From: an uncultured Gammaproteobacteria bacterium
GTDB lineage: Bacteria; Pseudomonadota; Gammaproteobacteria; GCA-001735895
Assembly: GCA_913061315.1 (NCBI GenBank)
Contig: CAJXUC010000002.1
Coordinates: 15,820 to 79,819, forward strand
Direction of reading: 5' to 3'
Length of the DNA: 64,000 bases
Positions 52,427 to 64,000 of this stretch are shown piece by piece. How positions within the stretch are numbered: the stretch's first letter is position 1; every line of letters begins with the position of its first letter. The notes under the pieces were generated by a model. The model did no database searches. It had not been told where the DNA came from and saw only the letters and a list, made by a program, of their open reading frames with translations. The position numbers and the translations under genes are program-made.

Positions 52427-55210
52427 ATGGAAAAAACCTATAACCCACAAGCTATCGAAGAAACCTGGTACCAACACTGGGAAGATAGAGGTTATTTTAA
52501 AGCACAAAGCCAATCTGATAAAGAATCTGATAACGAAGGTAACCCCTATTGCATCGTGATACCGCCGCCAAATGTGACAGGTAGCCTGCATATGGGCCAT
52601 GCCTTCCAAGACACTATCATGGATGCCTTAACGCGTTATCACCGAATGAAGGGTGACAATACATTATGGCAGCCCGGCACAGACCATGCAGGCATCGCCA
52701 CCCAAATGGTGGTCGAACGTCAGCTCAGTGCTGAAGGTAAAACCAGACATGATTTAGGCCGGGATGCGTTCATTGACCGTATATGGAAGTGGAAGGAAGA
52801 GTCTGGTGGCACAATTACAAAACAACTTCGTCGCATGGGTGCATCACCTGATTGGAGTCGAGAACGCTTCACCATGGATGATGGCTTATCCGAGGCAGTT
52901 CAAAAGGTTTTCATTAAGCTTCACGAAGAAAATTTAATTTATCGCGGCAAAAGGCTGGTCAACTGGGATCCCGTTTTACATACCGCCGTATCTGACCTTG
53001 AAGTAGTTTCTGAAGAAGAAAACGGTCATCTCTGGCATATGCGTTACCCCATTGCGGGTGAAGATGGCTTTATAACCGTTGCCACCACTCGGCCTGAAAC
53101 AATGCTGGGTGACTCCGCTGTCGCCATTCATCCAGATGACTCACGCTATGCCCATCTGCTCGGTAAACGCATCGAATTACCACTTACCGGCCGGACTATT
53201 CCTGTCATTGCCGATGATTATGTTGACCCAGAATTTGGTTCGGGTTGCGTCAAAATTACACCTGCTCATGATTTTAATGATTATGAAATGGGTAAACGGC
53301 ACGATCTTGAAATGATTAATATCCTAACCAATGATGCCAAGATTAATGATGTTGCACCAGAAAAGTATCAGGGTATGGATCGCTTTGTCGCCCGTAAAGC
53401 CATCTTAAAAGATCTAGATGCGCTGGGCTTAATTGAAAAGATCGTTGATCATAAATTGATGGTGCCTAGGGGTGATCGAACAGGTTCAATCATCGAGCCC
53501 TATCTCACTGATCAATGGTACGTGCGGGTCGAGCCATTAGCAAAGCCGGCCATCGAAGCAGTCAAAAATGGCAACATTAAGTTTGTACCTGAAAATTGGT
53601 CAAAGACCTATTTCAACTGGATGGACAATATTCAGGACTGGTGTATCTCACGTCAAATTTGGTGGGGACATCGGATTCCTGCCTGGTATGATAATGTAGG
53701 GAATATCTATGTCGCAGAAAATATTGACGCTGTTCGCGTTAAATATGACCTACCCGAGGACCTTGAACTCATTCAGGACGAAGACGTTCTCGACACTTGG
53801 TTTTCATCCGCTCTTTGGCCTTTTAGTACATTAGGATGGCCCAATGGCGATGACGAAGCACTCAAGGCTTTTTACCCAACTAGCGTTTTAGTGACTGGCT
53901 TCGACATAATCTTTTTTTGGGTTGCAAGGATGATTATGTTTGGGCTTAAATTCATGGACGAAGTCCCGTTTAAAGAAGTCTATATACATGGCCTCGTGCG
54001 TGATGCTGAAGGCAACAAAATGTCGAAGTCTAAGGGCAACGTGCTCGACCCACTCGACTTAATCGATGGCATTACTTTAGACGCTCTCGTCGAGAAACGC
54101 ACTAAAGGTCTAATGCAACCCGACATGGCTCCAACGATTATAGCTTCAACTAAAAAGCACTTTCCAGATGGCATTCCTGCATTTGGAACCGATGCACTGC
54201 GCTTTACCTTTGCTGCACTAGCAACCACCGGGCGCGATATTCGTTTCGATTTGGGTCGCATCGAAGGTTACCGTAACTTTTGCAACAAAATCTGGAATGC
54301 GACACGTTATGTGCTGCAAAACACCGAAGACCAAGATTGTAGCGTCGGTGAAACGTCGCTAGCAGATCAGTGGATTCTGGCTCGCTTACAACAGGTTGTG
54401 GCTGATACTACCCAGCACATTGAATGTTACCGATTTGACTTGGTATCCCGAGACCTATATGAATTTGTCTGGAATGACTACTGCGACTGGTATATCGAAT
54501 TATCAAAACCCGTGCTTTATTCCGACAACTATAGCCCGGCACAAAAGACAGCTGCGCGACATACATTAGTTAACGTACTCGAATCCATCCTGCGATTACT
54601 GCACCCAATCATGCCCTATATCACTGAAGAATTATGGCAACGAGTAGCGCCCATAGCAAAGATCGATGAAGAGACCATCATGCTATGTCAATACCCAAAG
54701 TCAGATGCCAGTCTAATCAATAAAGCTGTCATTACTGACCTTGAATGGGTTAAACAATTTATTATGGGGGTGCGCCAAATTCGTTCTGAAATGGATATCA
54801 AGCCAGGAAAGCCATTGCCCGTATTATGCCAAAACGGCAGCGATCAAGATCAAACCAGACTCATGCAAAATCAAAATTTGCTAAAGTCACTTGCCAAGCT
54901 TGAATCAATTAGCTGGCTGAACGAAGGTGAGCCAGCAGCTGAATCAGCCACCTCAATCGTTGGCGACATGAGCCTACTCATTCCACTGGCTGGATTAATC
55001 GACAAGGATGTCGAGCTTGCAAGACTCAACAAAAATATTCAAAAATTTGAACAAGAAGCTAAGCGAATTGAATCAAAGCTAGGCAATGATGGTTTTGTTT
55101 CCAAAGCACCAGAGGCCGTTGTCAATAAAGAAAAAGAAAAGCTCAGCGAAGCTAAATCAGCTTTAGCCAGTTTTCAGGCTCAAGCCGATAAAATTAAATT
55201 ATTGCCGTAG
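52427..55210 (+). CDS. valS: Valine--tRNA ligase
   Basis: [27 protein letters not shown]-terminal coiled coil. Confidence 0.98.
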   Translation: MEKTYNPQAIEETWYQHWEDRGYFKAQSQSDKESDNEGNPYCIVIPPPNVTGSLHMGHAFQDTIMDALTRYHRMKGDNTLWQPGTDHAGIATQMVVERQLSAEGKTRHDLGRDAFIDRIWKWKEESGGTITKQLRRMGASPDWSRERFTMDDGLSEAVQKVFIKLHEENLIYRGKRLVNWDPVLHTAVSDLEVVSEEENGHLWHMRYPIAGEDGFITVATTRPETMLGDSAVAIHPDDSRYAHLLGKRIELPLTGRTIPVIADDYVDPEFGSGCVKITPAHDFNDYEMGKRHDLEMINILTNDAKINDVAPEKYQGMDRFVARKAILKDLDALGLIEKIVDHKLMVPRGDRTGSIIEPYLTDQWYVRVEPLAKPAIEAVKNGNIKFVPENWSKTYFNWMDNIQDWCISRQIWWGHRIPAWYDNVGNIYVAENIDAVRVKYDLPEDLELIQDEDVLDTWFSSALWPFSTLGWPNGDDEALKAFYPTSVLVTGFDIIFFWVARMIMFGLKFMDEVPFKEVYIHGLVRDAEGNKMSKSKGNVLDPLDLIDGITLDALVEKRTKGLMQPDMAPTIIASTKKHFPDGIPAFGTDALRFTFAALATTGRDIRFDLGRIEGYRNFCNKIWNATRYVLQNTEDQDCSVGETSLADQWILARLQQVVADTTQHIECYRFDLVSRDLYEFVWNDYCDWYIELSKPVLYSDNYSPAQKTAARHTLVNVLESILRLLHPIMPYITEELWQRVAPIAKIDEETIMLCQYPKSDASLINKAVITDLEWVKQFIMGVRQIRSEMDIKPGKPLPVLCQNGSDQDQTRLMQNQNLLKSLAKLESISWLNEGEPAAESATSIVGDMSLLIPLAGLIDKDVELARLNKNIQKFEQEAKRIESKLGNDGFVSKAPEAVVNKEKEKLSEAKSALASFQAQADKIKLLP

Positions 55211-55241
55211 TTTTCTAATAGGCCACCGTTGGAGTAGAAAC

Positions 55242-55273
55242 TATATGTTGCGATTGCATTATCGCAACATATA
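55242..55273. repeat. Perfect inverted repeat after valS
   Basis: TATATGTTGCGAT-tgcatt-ATCGCAACATATA, 13-bp stem. Confidence 0.75.
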
Positions 55274-55585
55274 AATTCGTTAAGACCAAGTATCTAACGA
55301 AGACTAACAAACATGAGTCACATATTTATTACTTCAGTTTTGTCGGTTTAGTAAATCAATCCTACGGATCTATGGTAAACACCATATGTCGACCAATCGG
55401 GTTAAGATAAGCATTGAAATTCAATGTTGAAATGTCGCGACTTTTGAACCAATGTCTCAATATCAGCCTTTTCTATTTCATCACATAAACCGTTATCGTT
55501 TGCCTCTCGGCCTTACTCGTGCTTCTGGGTCGAAAAAATAAGCTATAATCATTCTAGTCACCTCAAAACAAGCTCCAAATGTCAT

Positions 55586-56068
55586 ATGAAAATAAATAAT
55601 AAGTCTGTTGTGCAATATCACTACACATTGACCGACGAAACTGCAGCGCTACTGGAATCAACGTTAGGTGGTGAACCACCTGTTTACCTGCATGGAGCGG
55701 GTAACATCATCAGTGGCCTGGAAACAGCCATGGAAGGGAAAAGCAAAGGTGATAAGTTCTCTGTAACTCTGACGTCCGAGCAAGGTTTTGGACGGCACAA
55801 AGCTGGTCAGATAGAACGTATGTCGGTAAAGCACTTCCGCGGTGCAAAGAAGTGGAAGGTAGGCATGATAGCCACTATTGATGCAGATCACGGAGCGAAA
55901 AAGGTGACTATTGTAAAAATAGGCAAGTTCATGGCTGATGTTGATGTTAACCATCCTTATGCAGGCAAGACCTTAATTTTTGAAATTGAGATTGCAGATG
56001 TGCGTGCTGCAACCGATGAAGAATTAGCGCACAGGCATGTTCATGGACCAGGCGGGCATCACCATTAA
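55586..56068 (+). CDS. Second FKBP-type PPIase (SlyD-like)
   Basis: YLHGAGNIISGLE, DVNHPYAGKTL, EELAHRHVHGPGGHHH. Confidence 0.9.
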   Translation: MKINNKSVVQYHYTLTDETAALLESTLGGEPPVYLHGAGNIISGLETAMEGKSKGDKFSVTLTSEQGFGRHKAGQIERMSVKHFRGAKKWKVGMIATIDADHGAKKVTIVKIGKFMADVDVNHPYAGKTLIFEIEIADVRAATDEELAHRHVHGPGGHHH

Positions 56069-56117
56069 ATACATTATTAAAAGACTCATCTATATTTGAC
56101 GCTAGATTTGAAGAATA

Positions 56118-56975
56118 TTATCTGGACTCCAAAAGCGCCCAAAACTCTGCGGGTGCAGGTGTTTCAAATGTCAGCAACTGTTCAGTGCCCGGCTTAACGA
56201 CACACAGCTGTAAAGCATGCAAACCCATTTGTTCACCCGCTTTACCATATCGTTGATCACCCACTACTGGATGTCCAAGCCATGCCAAATGAGCCCTTAT
56301 TTGATGTTGGCGGCCCGTCTCTAGCTTTACCCTTAAAAGTGTTCTGCGCCCAACACTTCGTTCAGTCGTAAAATGTGTCACCGCATGCTTTGCATCTGGA
56401 TGCTCACCAACATGCATTTGGTATATTGTTGAATCGAGACGTAATGGCTGATCAATCGTTGCCTGCTCAGGCTCTGGCCGACCTTCAACAATGGCAAGAT
56501 AAGTTTTCTCTGCCTCATCCCAGTTATCCATTACCGCCTCACGCACCTCTTTCGACAGTGCAAACAACATAACACCTGAAGTTGCACGATCAATTCGATT
56601 CACTGGCCACAGCTTAATCGAATGGTTACTTCGACCTAGCTGCGCTCGCAATATGCCTAACGCATGCAGCTCACTATCCTCCCCAGAGCCTACCGACAAT
56701 AAACCCGCAGGCTTATTGATAGCAACCAAATCATGATCTTCATAAAGAATATCGATCTGTGGTCGAGCGTTTGAGGGCCCCCGTGGCGCGGCTTCGACAT
56801 TGACTTGATCATTTGGTAGTAATTCAAAACTATGGTGCGTTATTGGCTCTCCATTGACATGAACACAGCCACTTTTAAGGCGTTGCTTGACCGTACTCCT
56901 TGACCAGCCTTGCAGCTCTTCAAAGAGAAATGGAAGCAGTGTCGTGTTTGTCTTGACCTTTAATCTGTCTGACAT
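56118..56975 (-). CDS. RluA-family pseudouridine synthase with S4-like domain
   Basis: INKPAGL, VNRIDRATSG (catalytic Asp), ETGRQHQIRAH, GDQRYG, LHA. Confidence 0.92.
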   Translation of the reverse strand: MSDRLKVKTNTTLLPFLFEELQGWSRSTVKQRLKSGCVHVNGEPITHHSFELLPNDQVNVEAAPRGPSNARPQIDILYEDHDLVAINKPAGLLSVGSGEDSELHALGILRAQLGRSNHSIKLWPVNRIDRATSGVMLFALSKEVREAVMDNWDEAEKTYLAIVEGRPEPEQATIDQPLRLDSTIYQMHVGEHPDAKHAVTHFTTERSVGRRTLLRVKLETGRQHQIRAHLAWLGHPVVGDQRYGKAGEQMGLHALQLCVVKPGTEQLLTFETPAPAEFWALLESR

Positions 56976-57244
56976 AATAAATCGCCTTATGTGAACTCAA
57001 TATTTCAAGCGGAGTATGGGAGCGTTAATCCGACTTGTAAATATAGTTTGACCCTCTCACCCCCAGTTATTTTAGAATTTGTTATTGACCTTGCACTAAT
57101 TCACTTTAACGCTCTTACCTAGGTATCGAATCCTGTCGATTAAAAATGTAGTTTGAAATTTCGAGATTATCTAATACTGTTTTGGCCCCAAAGATTAGTT
57201 TTTAAAACGTTATTTTTAATGAATGATAAAGACCCATCAACCTG

Positions 57245-57274
57245 AAAAGGGCACTGCAAATGCACTACCCTTTT
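57245..57274 (-). terminator. Terminator of katG
   Basis: Minus strand AAAAGGGTAGTGCA-tt-TGCAGTGCCCTTTT, imperfect stem with U-tail. Confidence 0.65.
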
Positions 57275-57293
57275 AACTAGCAGTACACATAAT

Positions 57294-59471
<2,178 letters not shown>

Positions 59472-59553
59472 CTATCTGATTAATCGATGATTAAAAATAT
59501 TAATATGCAAGTTAATTCACCAACATCTTTTAAGCATAGTTCAGAATTAAATA

Positions 59554-59596
59554 AATAAAGTTTTATAATAGGTATATTCTATTATAAAACTTTATT
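59554..59596. promoter_or_regulatory. 18-bp perfect inverted repeat with OxyR-type ATAG-N7-CTAT core upstream of katG
   Basis: AATAAAGTTTTATAATAG-gtatatt-CTATTATAAAACTTTATT. Confidence 0.6.
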
Positions 59597-60143
59597 GATA
59601 CGATTTAGTTTATCTATTAAAAGTAATTATAGAGCCCTACAAGTCAATATAGTAAATTATCCAAATGGCTAGGATGTCCCTAATTCGTTCGCTTTTATTT
59701 ACTGGTTTTTTAAATTTTTGTAAAACTGATGAGGAGCATTAGGTTTAATAAGAATGGGGTATTAGTCGTGTTGTTTATGAAAATATCAGTCGATTCTTGT
59801 GTCAAAGTGAAAACAACCAGAAAAAAAACTTGAATGTGCATAACAGGTTTCAAGCTTTGGCATCAACATCTTGTTTATCATGACGATGCCGTTTTATCTG
59901 TCATTCGAATGACTCTCAAATGACCTATTATTGTTTGGAGAAACTTCCAAAAAAAGCTCCAACCTCAAGACGGCAGGAAACAGGGAAAATAAGATTTATC
60001 GTATCAGCAAGACTTCCTCCCTAAAGATTTCATTCGTACAATGCCTTAAAAGTAAAACAAAAAAACGTGACTTAAAGCGACTTATTAGAGGAGCACACCG
60101 CGTACCAATTAATCGATTCAGTCATTGCGATCAATCTCTTGCA

Positions 60144-61460
60144 CTAACCAATCTTCTCTAACATTTTGTAATACCACATGCCTAAAGCTAACATTTGCTG
60201 AACAGCCCAATCATTAACGGGTATCCTAATCTGTTTAAAGTCAGAAAAAATATCAAATGAATCTGTATTGCCATCAATTGCATTGGCCATAATTTCGCCA
60301 ACAAAATGTGTTGTCGCAATACCATGACCAGAGTAACCCTGAGCATAATAGACATTTTGTGAAAGTTTGCCTAACTGAGGAATTCGGTTAATCACAATAC
60401 CTGCCTTACCTGTCCATTCAAATTCAATGTCAATGCCCTTCAAACGGGGAAATGTTTTTTCAATCGCAGGGCGAAGTTCATCAGCCACTCGTTTCGAGTC
60501 ACGGCCTGAGTAGTTAGTGCCGCCACCAAACATCAGCCTCTTATCGGCAGTAAGTCGGTAGTAATCAAGTACAAAACGACAATCGTAAACGGCAAGGTCA
60601 TGGGGGTTAATTTTATCAGCAACTTCATCACCTAATGGAACAGTTACGAGATTACCCAGCGATGCAGGAAAAAGCATGCCTTTGAGTGGTTTACCCCCTA
60701 AGCGATGATAGGCATTACCCGCCAACAAGACAGTGTTAGCTACAACGCTACCATGTTTTGTCACCACTTTTGTTTGAACACCGTCAATAATATCGAGCAC
60801 TTCGGTGTGTTCAAAAATTTGAGCACCTAGGCTCTCGGCTGCCCTGGCCTCACCAATACATAAATTCAGAGAATGCACGTGCATGTTACGTTGGTTCAGT
60901 AAGCCGCCGTGGTATATGTCGGTTTCTAAAATATCTGGAATTTCATTTGCAGACATAAGACGGACTTCGTCATTCATGCCTCTAGCGACAGCTTCGTCAT
61001 AACTCGCTTGTAATTCAGTCATATGACTGGGTTTATAAGCGGCATGTAAATGGCCATGTTTTAAGTCACATTGAATGTCATATTTTTCGACTCGCTTTTT
61101 AATAATATCGTGTCCACGCCAGCGAAGACCCCAAACAAATTCCTCAGCTTGCGTTCCAATTTTACGTTTAAGTTGACGAATCATCGCCTGATCACCAGAG
61201 AGGCTACCGGTGATTTGTCCACCATTACGGCCTGTTGCACCCCAGCCAATTTTATTGGCTTCGATTAAAGCTACCTTATAGCCTTTTTCGGAGAGCTCTA
61301 TAGCCGATGCAACACCAGTAAAACCACCACCAACGATAACGACATCGACCTCAATATTGCCAGCCAAAGCTTCGTAACTGGTGTCATTATTAATTGTTGC
61401 ACTATAATACGAACGACAGCGAGGTTCAGATTGACCCTCTTGATGAGAATGAATGTTCAT
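60144..61460 (-). CDS. puuB: FAD-dependent oxidoreductase, gamma-glutamylputrescine oxidase (PuuB)-like
   Basis: SYYSAT, VIVGGGFTG, GWGATGRNGGQ, VLDYYRLTAD, QGYSGHG; divergent from a polyamine ABC transporter. Confidence 0.8.
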   Translation of the reverse strand: MNIHSHQEGQSEPRCRSYYSATINNDTSYEALAGNIEVDVVIVGGGFTGVASAIELSEKGYKVALIEANKIGWGATGRNGGQITGSLSGDQAMIRQLKRKIGTQAEEFVWGLRWRGHDIIKKRVEKYDIQCDLKHGHLHAAYKPSHMTELQASYDEAVARGMNDEVRLMSANEIPDILETDIYHGGLLNQRNMHVHSLNLCIGEARAAESLGAQIFEHTEVLDIIDGVQTKVVTKHGSVVANTVLLAGNAYHRLGGKPLKGMLFPASLGNLVTVPLGDEVADKINPHDLAVYDCRFVLDYYRLTADKRLMFGGGTNYSGRDSKRVADELRPAIEKTFPRLKGIDIEFEWTGKAGIVINRIPQLGKLSQNVYYAQGYSGHGIATTHFVGEIMANAIDGNTDSFDIFSDFKQIRIPVNDWAVQQMLALGMWYYKMLEKIG

Positions 61461-61517
61461 AGCAATTCGACCAAAAATAGGTGGCAATCAAACTTGAATA
61501 GCACTTTGATTCAAGGA

Positions 61518-61536
61518 GTGATCAATATATCGAACA
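61518..61536. promoter_or_regulatory. Operator copy 1 (puuB side)
   Basis: GTGATCAATATATCGAACA; 16 bp identical to the reverse complement of 61754-61769. Confidence 0.65.
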
Positions 61537-61750
61537 TTAACAAAGGAATAATCAGGCTACAAGTCATTATTGAGTCTGCTTTAAACACCCAAATTGATAG
61601 CCTAGGCTGTTTTGCAAAGACATCCAAACCTCCAAAATAAAATTTATTAAAGCACCGATTTAATAAATTTTATTTAGTCTGCACCAATTATGGTCGATTT
61701 TAATTCGTCGTTGACAACTATTTTAAATTAAGTAATTATTGGATCACTTC

Positions 61751-61769
61751 TGATCGATATATTGATCAC
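61751..61769. promoter_or_regulatory. Operator copy 2 (potA side)
   Basis: Near-palindrome TGATCGATATATTGATCA(C). Confidence 0.65.
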
Positions 61770-61923
61770 ACTTAAGAATAGTATTTGCGATATTAGATTA
61801 AATATTGTCGGTATCATTATGAATGAGGCGTTGAGATTAGGATGGAAGCATAATAAAAGGCATGATGCGAGAATATTATAGGGTCTCAGAAGCGTCGCCA
61901 AAAATTTTAACTAGCCCTTGTTA

Positions 61924-63009
61924 ATGAATAAATCAATTCCTGCTATTTCAGTCAATAGTGTCGTTAAACATTACGCCAGCAATCCACCGATTGTAGCGCT
62001 TAACAACGTCACTATTGAGATCCAAGACAATGAATTTTTTACCCTGCTAGGTCCTTCTGGTTGTGGCAAGACTACTCTATTACGGCTCATCGCGGGGTTC
62101 GAGCAACCCACAGAGGGCGCTATCCTACTGTACGGTGATCATCTTGAGGGGCTCGACCCAAATGATAGGCCCGTTAATACGGTGTTCCAAAGTTATTCTC
62201 TTTTCCCGCACATGACCATTGCTGAAAACATTGGTTTTGGCCTTAAAATGAAAGGCCAGAGCAGCGATCAAATAGCGTTAGTCGTAAGGGACATGCTTGC
62301 GCTGGTAAAAATGGAAACATTTGGTAACCGAATGCCTAACCAGTTATCTGGTGGACAGCAACAGAGAATTGCATTGGTAAGAGCCTTGGCACCTAAACCT
62401 AAGGTTTTGCTGCTCGATGAACCACTTTCAGCCTTAGACTTAAAATTGCGTCAGGCTATGCGTCTAGAACTCAAACGACTTCAGAAGGAAACAGGAATCA
62501 CCTTTGTTTTTGTGACCCACGATCAGGAGGAAGCAATGTGCATGAGCGACCGTGTTGCTGTCATGTCTCAAGGAGAGCTTCAACAGTTAGATTCTCCCCA
62601 GATGATCTATGAACGACCAAGAAACCGTTTTGTTGCAAACTTTATTGGTGATGTTAATTTAATCGACACCAAAGTTAGTTCTGAGAATCAAAACAGTTAC
62701 GTATGCTCTCATAATAATATCGAATTCTCAGTCAATAAAACGTCACAACATCAGGTTGGTGATCAGGTCACACTGGCAATTCGCCCTGAAAAGTTCAGTC
62801 TTGTATCGAGTGCAGAGGGACTACTAAAAGGGACTGTGGTCGATTCTACTTACATGGGGACTGACACCTATTTAACTGTAAAAATTGATGATTCAACCGA
62901 ACTGGAAGTTCGATGTCAAAACATAGACTTAGATCAACAATTGCCGACTATTGGTGAAACCGTTGGCCTCAGTGTGCCCAACGGTGCTGCCACTTTGCTT
63001 GAAGACTAG
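61924..63009 (+). CDS. potA: Spermidine/putrescine ABC transporter ATP-binding protein (PotA-like)
   Basis: GPSGCGKTT, VNTVFQSYSLFPHM, LSGGQQQR, LLLDEPL, VTHDQEEA, TOBE-like C-terminus. Confidence 0.88.
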   Translation: MNKSIPAISVNSVVKHYASNPPIVALNNVTIEIQDNEFFTLLGPSGCGKTTLLRLIAGFEQPTEGAILLYGDHLEGLDPNDRPVNTVFQSYSLFPHMTIAENIGFGLKMKGQSSDQIALVVRDMLALVKMETFGNRMPNQLSGGQQQRIALVRALAPKPKVLLLDEPLSALDLKLRQAMRLELKRLQKETGITFVFVTHDQEEAMCMSDRVAVMSQGELQQLDSPQMIYERPRNRFVANFIGDVNLIDTKVSSENQNSYVCSHNNIEFSVNKTSQHQVGDQVTLAIRPEKFSLVSSAEGLLKGTVVDSTYMGTDTYLTVKIDDSTELEVRCQNIDLDQQLPTIGETVGLSVPNGAATLLED

Positions 63010-63019
63010 AAATTTAATA

Positions 63020-63919
63020 ATGGAAATCAAACTACCAGCTAACCCTATTACCCGACGGTGGCTTGGACTTTCACCCGCACTAATAACCATTTTTATTTTT
63101 ATGGTTCTGCCCATTGCCCTACTAGGAGTTTACTCATTTAAACCTGCAGACTCTTATGGTGGCGTAGAGGCCGGATTTAGTCTCGATGCTTGGATACAAC
63201 TGTTTTTTGATCGTGATCTTGACGACACGCTAATTTTTGACTCCATATATCTTCAAATCATATGGCGTTCGGTTATGCTCGCGGCCATTGGCACCACGTT
63301 ATCATTCCTCGTTGGATTTCCAGTCGCTTGGTATATTGTTCAACAACCACCCGAAAGACGCGATATTTTATTATTGCTAGTCACTATCCCATTTTGGACT
63401 AATTTACTGATCCGAGCTTACTCATGGATATTGATTTTAGGTAAAAACGGTATGATTGAACAGCCGCTTCTAGCAATGGGCCTAATCGATGATTCCCTCG
63501 AAATGATGTATGGCAATATGGCCATCGGAGTGGGTCTGGTTTATAGCTACATACCACTAATGATACTGCCTATCTACGCTAGCCTCGAAAAAATTGATTT
63601 TGGATTAGTCGAAGCGGCTCATGATTTATATGCTGATCGATGGGCTGTCATCCAACGCATTGTAATGCCGCTTTGCTTACCGGGTATTATTGCTGGTTGT
63701 ATCCTAGTGTTTGTTCTTAGTTTAGGTGATTTTATTTCGCCGTCTATATTAGGTGGTGGTAAGAAGATGATGCTAAGTAACTTAATTCAATTTCAATTCT
63801 CTTCGGCTCGTAACTGGCCTTTTGGTGGTGCGTTAACAATGTTACTACTAATGTTAGTCGCCTTTGGCTCTTACTTTTACATCAAAGCATCGCGTAAAAG
63901 CGCCTATCTGGAGAAATAG
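63020..63919 (+). CDS. potB: Polyamine ABC transporter permease (PotB-like)
   Basis: IPFWTNLLIRAYSW, PLMILPIY, EAA loop LVEAAHDLYA. Confidence 0.88.
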   Translation: MEIKLPANPITRRWLGLSPALITIFIFMVLPIALLGVYSFKPADSYGGVEAGFSLDAWIQLFFDRDLDDTLIFDSIYLQIIWRSVMLAAIGTTLSFLVGFPVAWYIVQQPPERRDILLLLVTIPFWTNLLIRAYSWILILGKNGMIEQPLLAMGLIDDSLEMMYGNMAIGVGLVYSYIPLMILPIYASLEKIDFGLVEAAHDLYADRWAVIQRIVMPLCLPGIIAGCILVFVLSLGDFISPSILGGGKKMMLSNLIQFQFSSARNWPFGGALTMLLLMLVAFGSYFYIKASRKSAYLEK

Positions 63920-63921
63920 AA

Positions 63922-64000
63922 ATGGCGAGCAACATTGGTCGATCCAGCTCCAACACGAATAAAGGGAGAATTCCCTGGCTAAAATGGTGGGCCTGTATAT
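63922..64000 (+). CDS. Probable PotC-like permease, truncated by the window end
   Basis: ATG 2 nt after the potB stop; MASNIGRSSSNTNKGRIPWLKWWACI is open to the end. Called from operon position. Confidence 0.55.
   Translation, partial: MASNIGRSSSNTNKGRIPWLKWWACI

Noticed and set aside
56560-56620. HRLD to NRID change in the RluA-family synthase as a sign of inactivity
   Set aside because: The catalytic Asp and Arg and all other motifs are intact; likely tolerated variation.
59726-59760. CTGATGAG hammerhead-like core
   Set aside because: No stem II followed by GAAA and no flanking stems.
59931-60161. 76-aa Lys-rich ORF
   Set aside because: TTG start without RBS, composition explained by A-rich DNA, overlaps the puuB end.
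61680-61697. NtrC-like site TGCACCAATTATGGTCGA
   Set aside because: Half-site spacing is one base too long, the right half is degenerate, and I found no sigma-54 -24/-12 element; kept only as a weak possibility.

Overview
A 64-kb, AT-rich stretch of core chromosome from a gammaproteobacterium. Several genes resemble those of Chromatiales/thiotroph-type lineages, but that assignment is inference. It is almost all housekeeping: proS, hda-purM-purN, pmbA/yjgA, aroC, gcvP-sdaA, sbcB, rhlE, djlA/prmB, SCO-PCuAC-psd, efp-epmA, a FimX-like protein, parE-parC, metY, xerD, lptFG-pepA-holC-valS, katG and a polyamine catabolism/ABC locus. I found no rRNA, tRNA, CRISPR array, prophage, IS element or defence island, and I cannot support a claim of a wholly new multi-gene system. 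The best signals not shown by the ORF track are: (1) a heavily degraded phnA/yjdM pseudogene; (2) a small gene between a LysR and perM that appears internally deleted and frameshifted; (3) a paired inverted 16-bp operator between puuB and potABC; (4) a perfect 18-bp inverted repeat with an OxyR-type core upstream of katG; (5) a LysR with a dyad box divergent from an isolated gcvP-sdaA unit; (6) probable non-AUG starts for lptF and possibly hda; (7) a SoxK-like/LysM lipoprotein and a histone H1-like protein with DNA-level tandem repeats; (8) several structured intergenic regions. Family assignments come from motif recognition by eye, not database searches.
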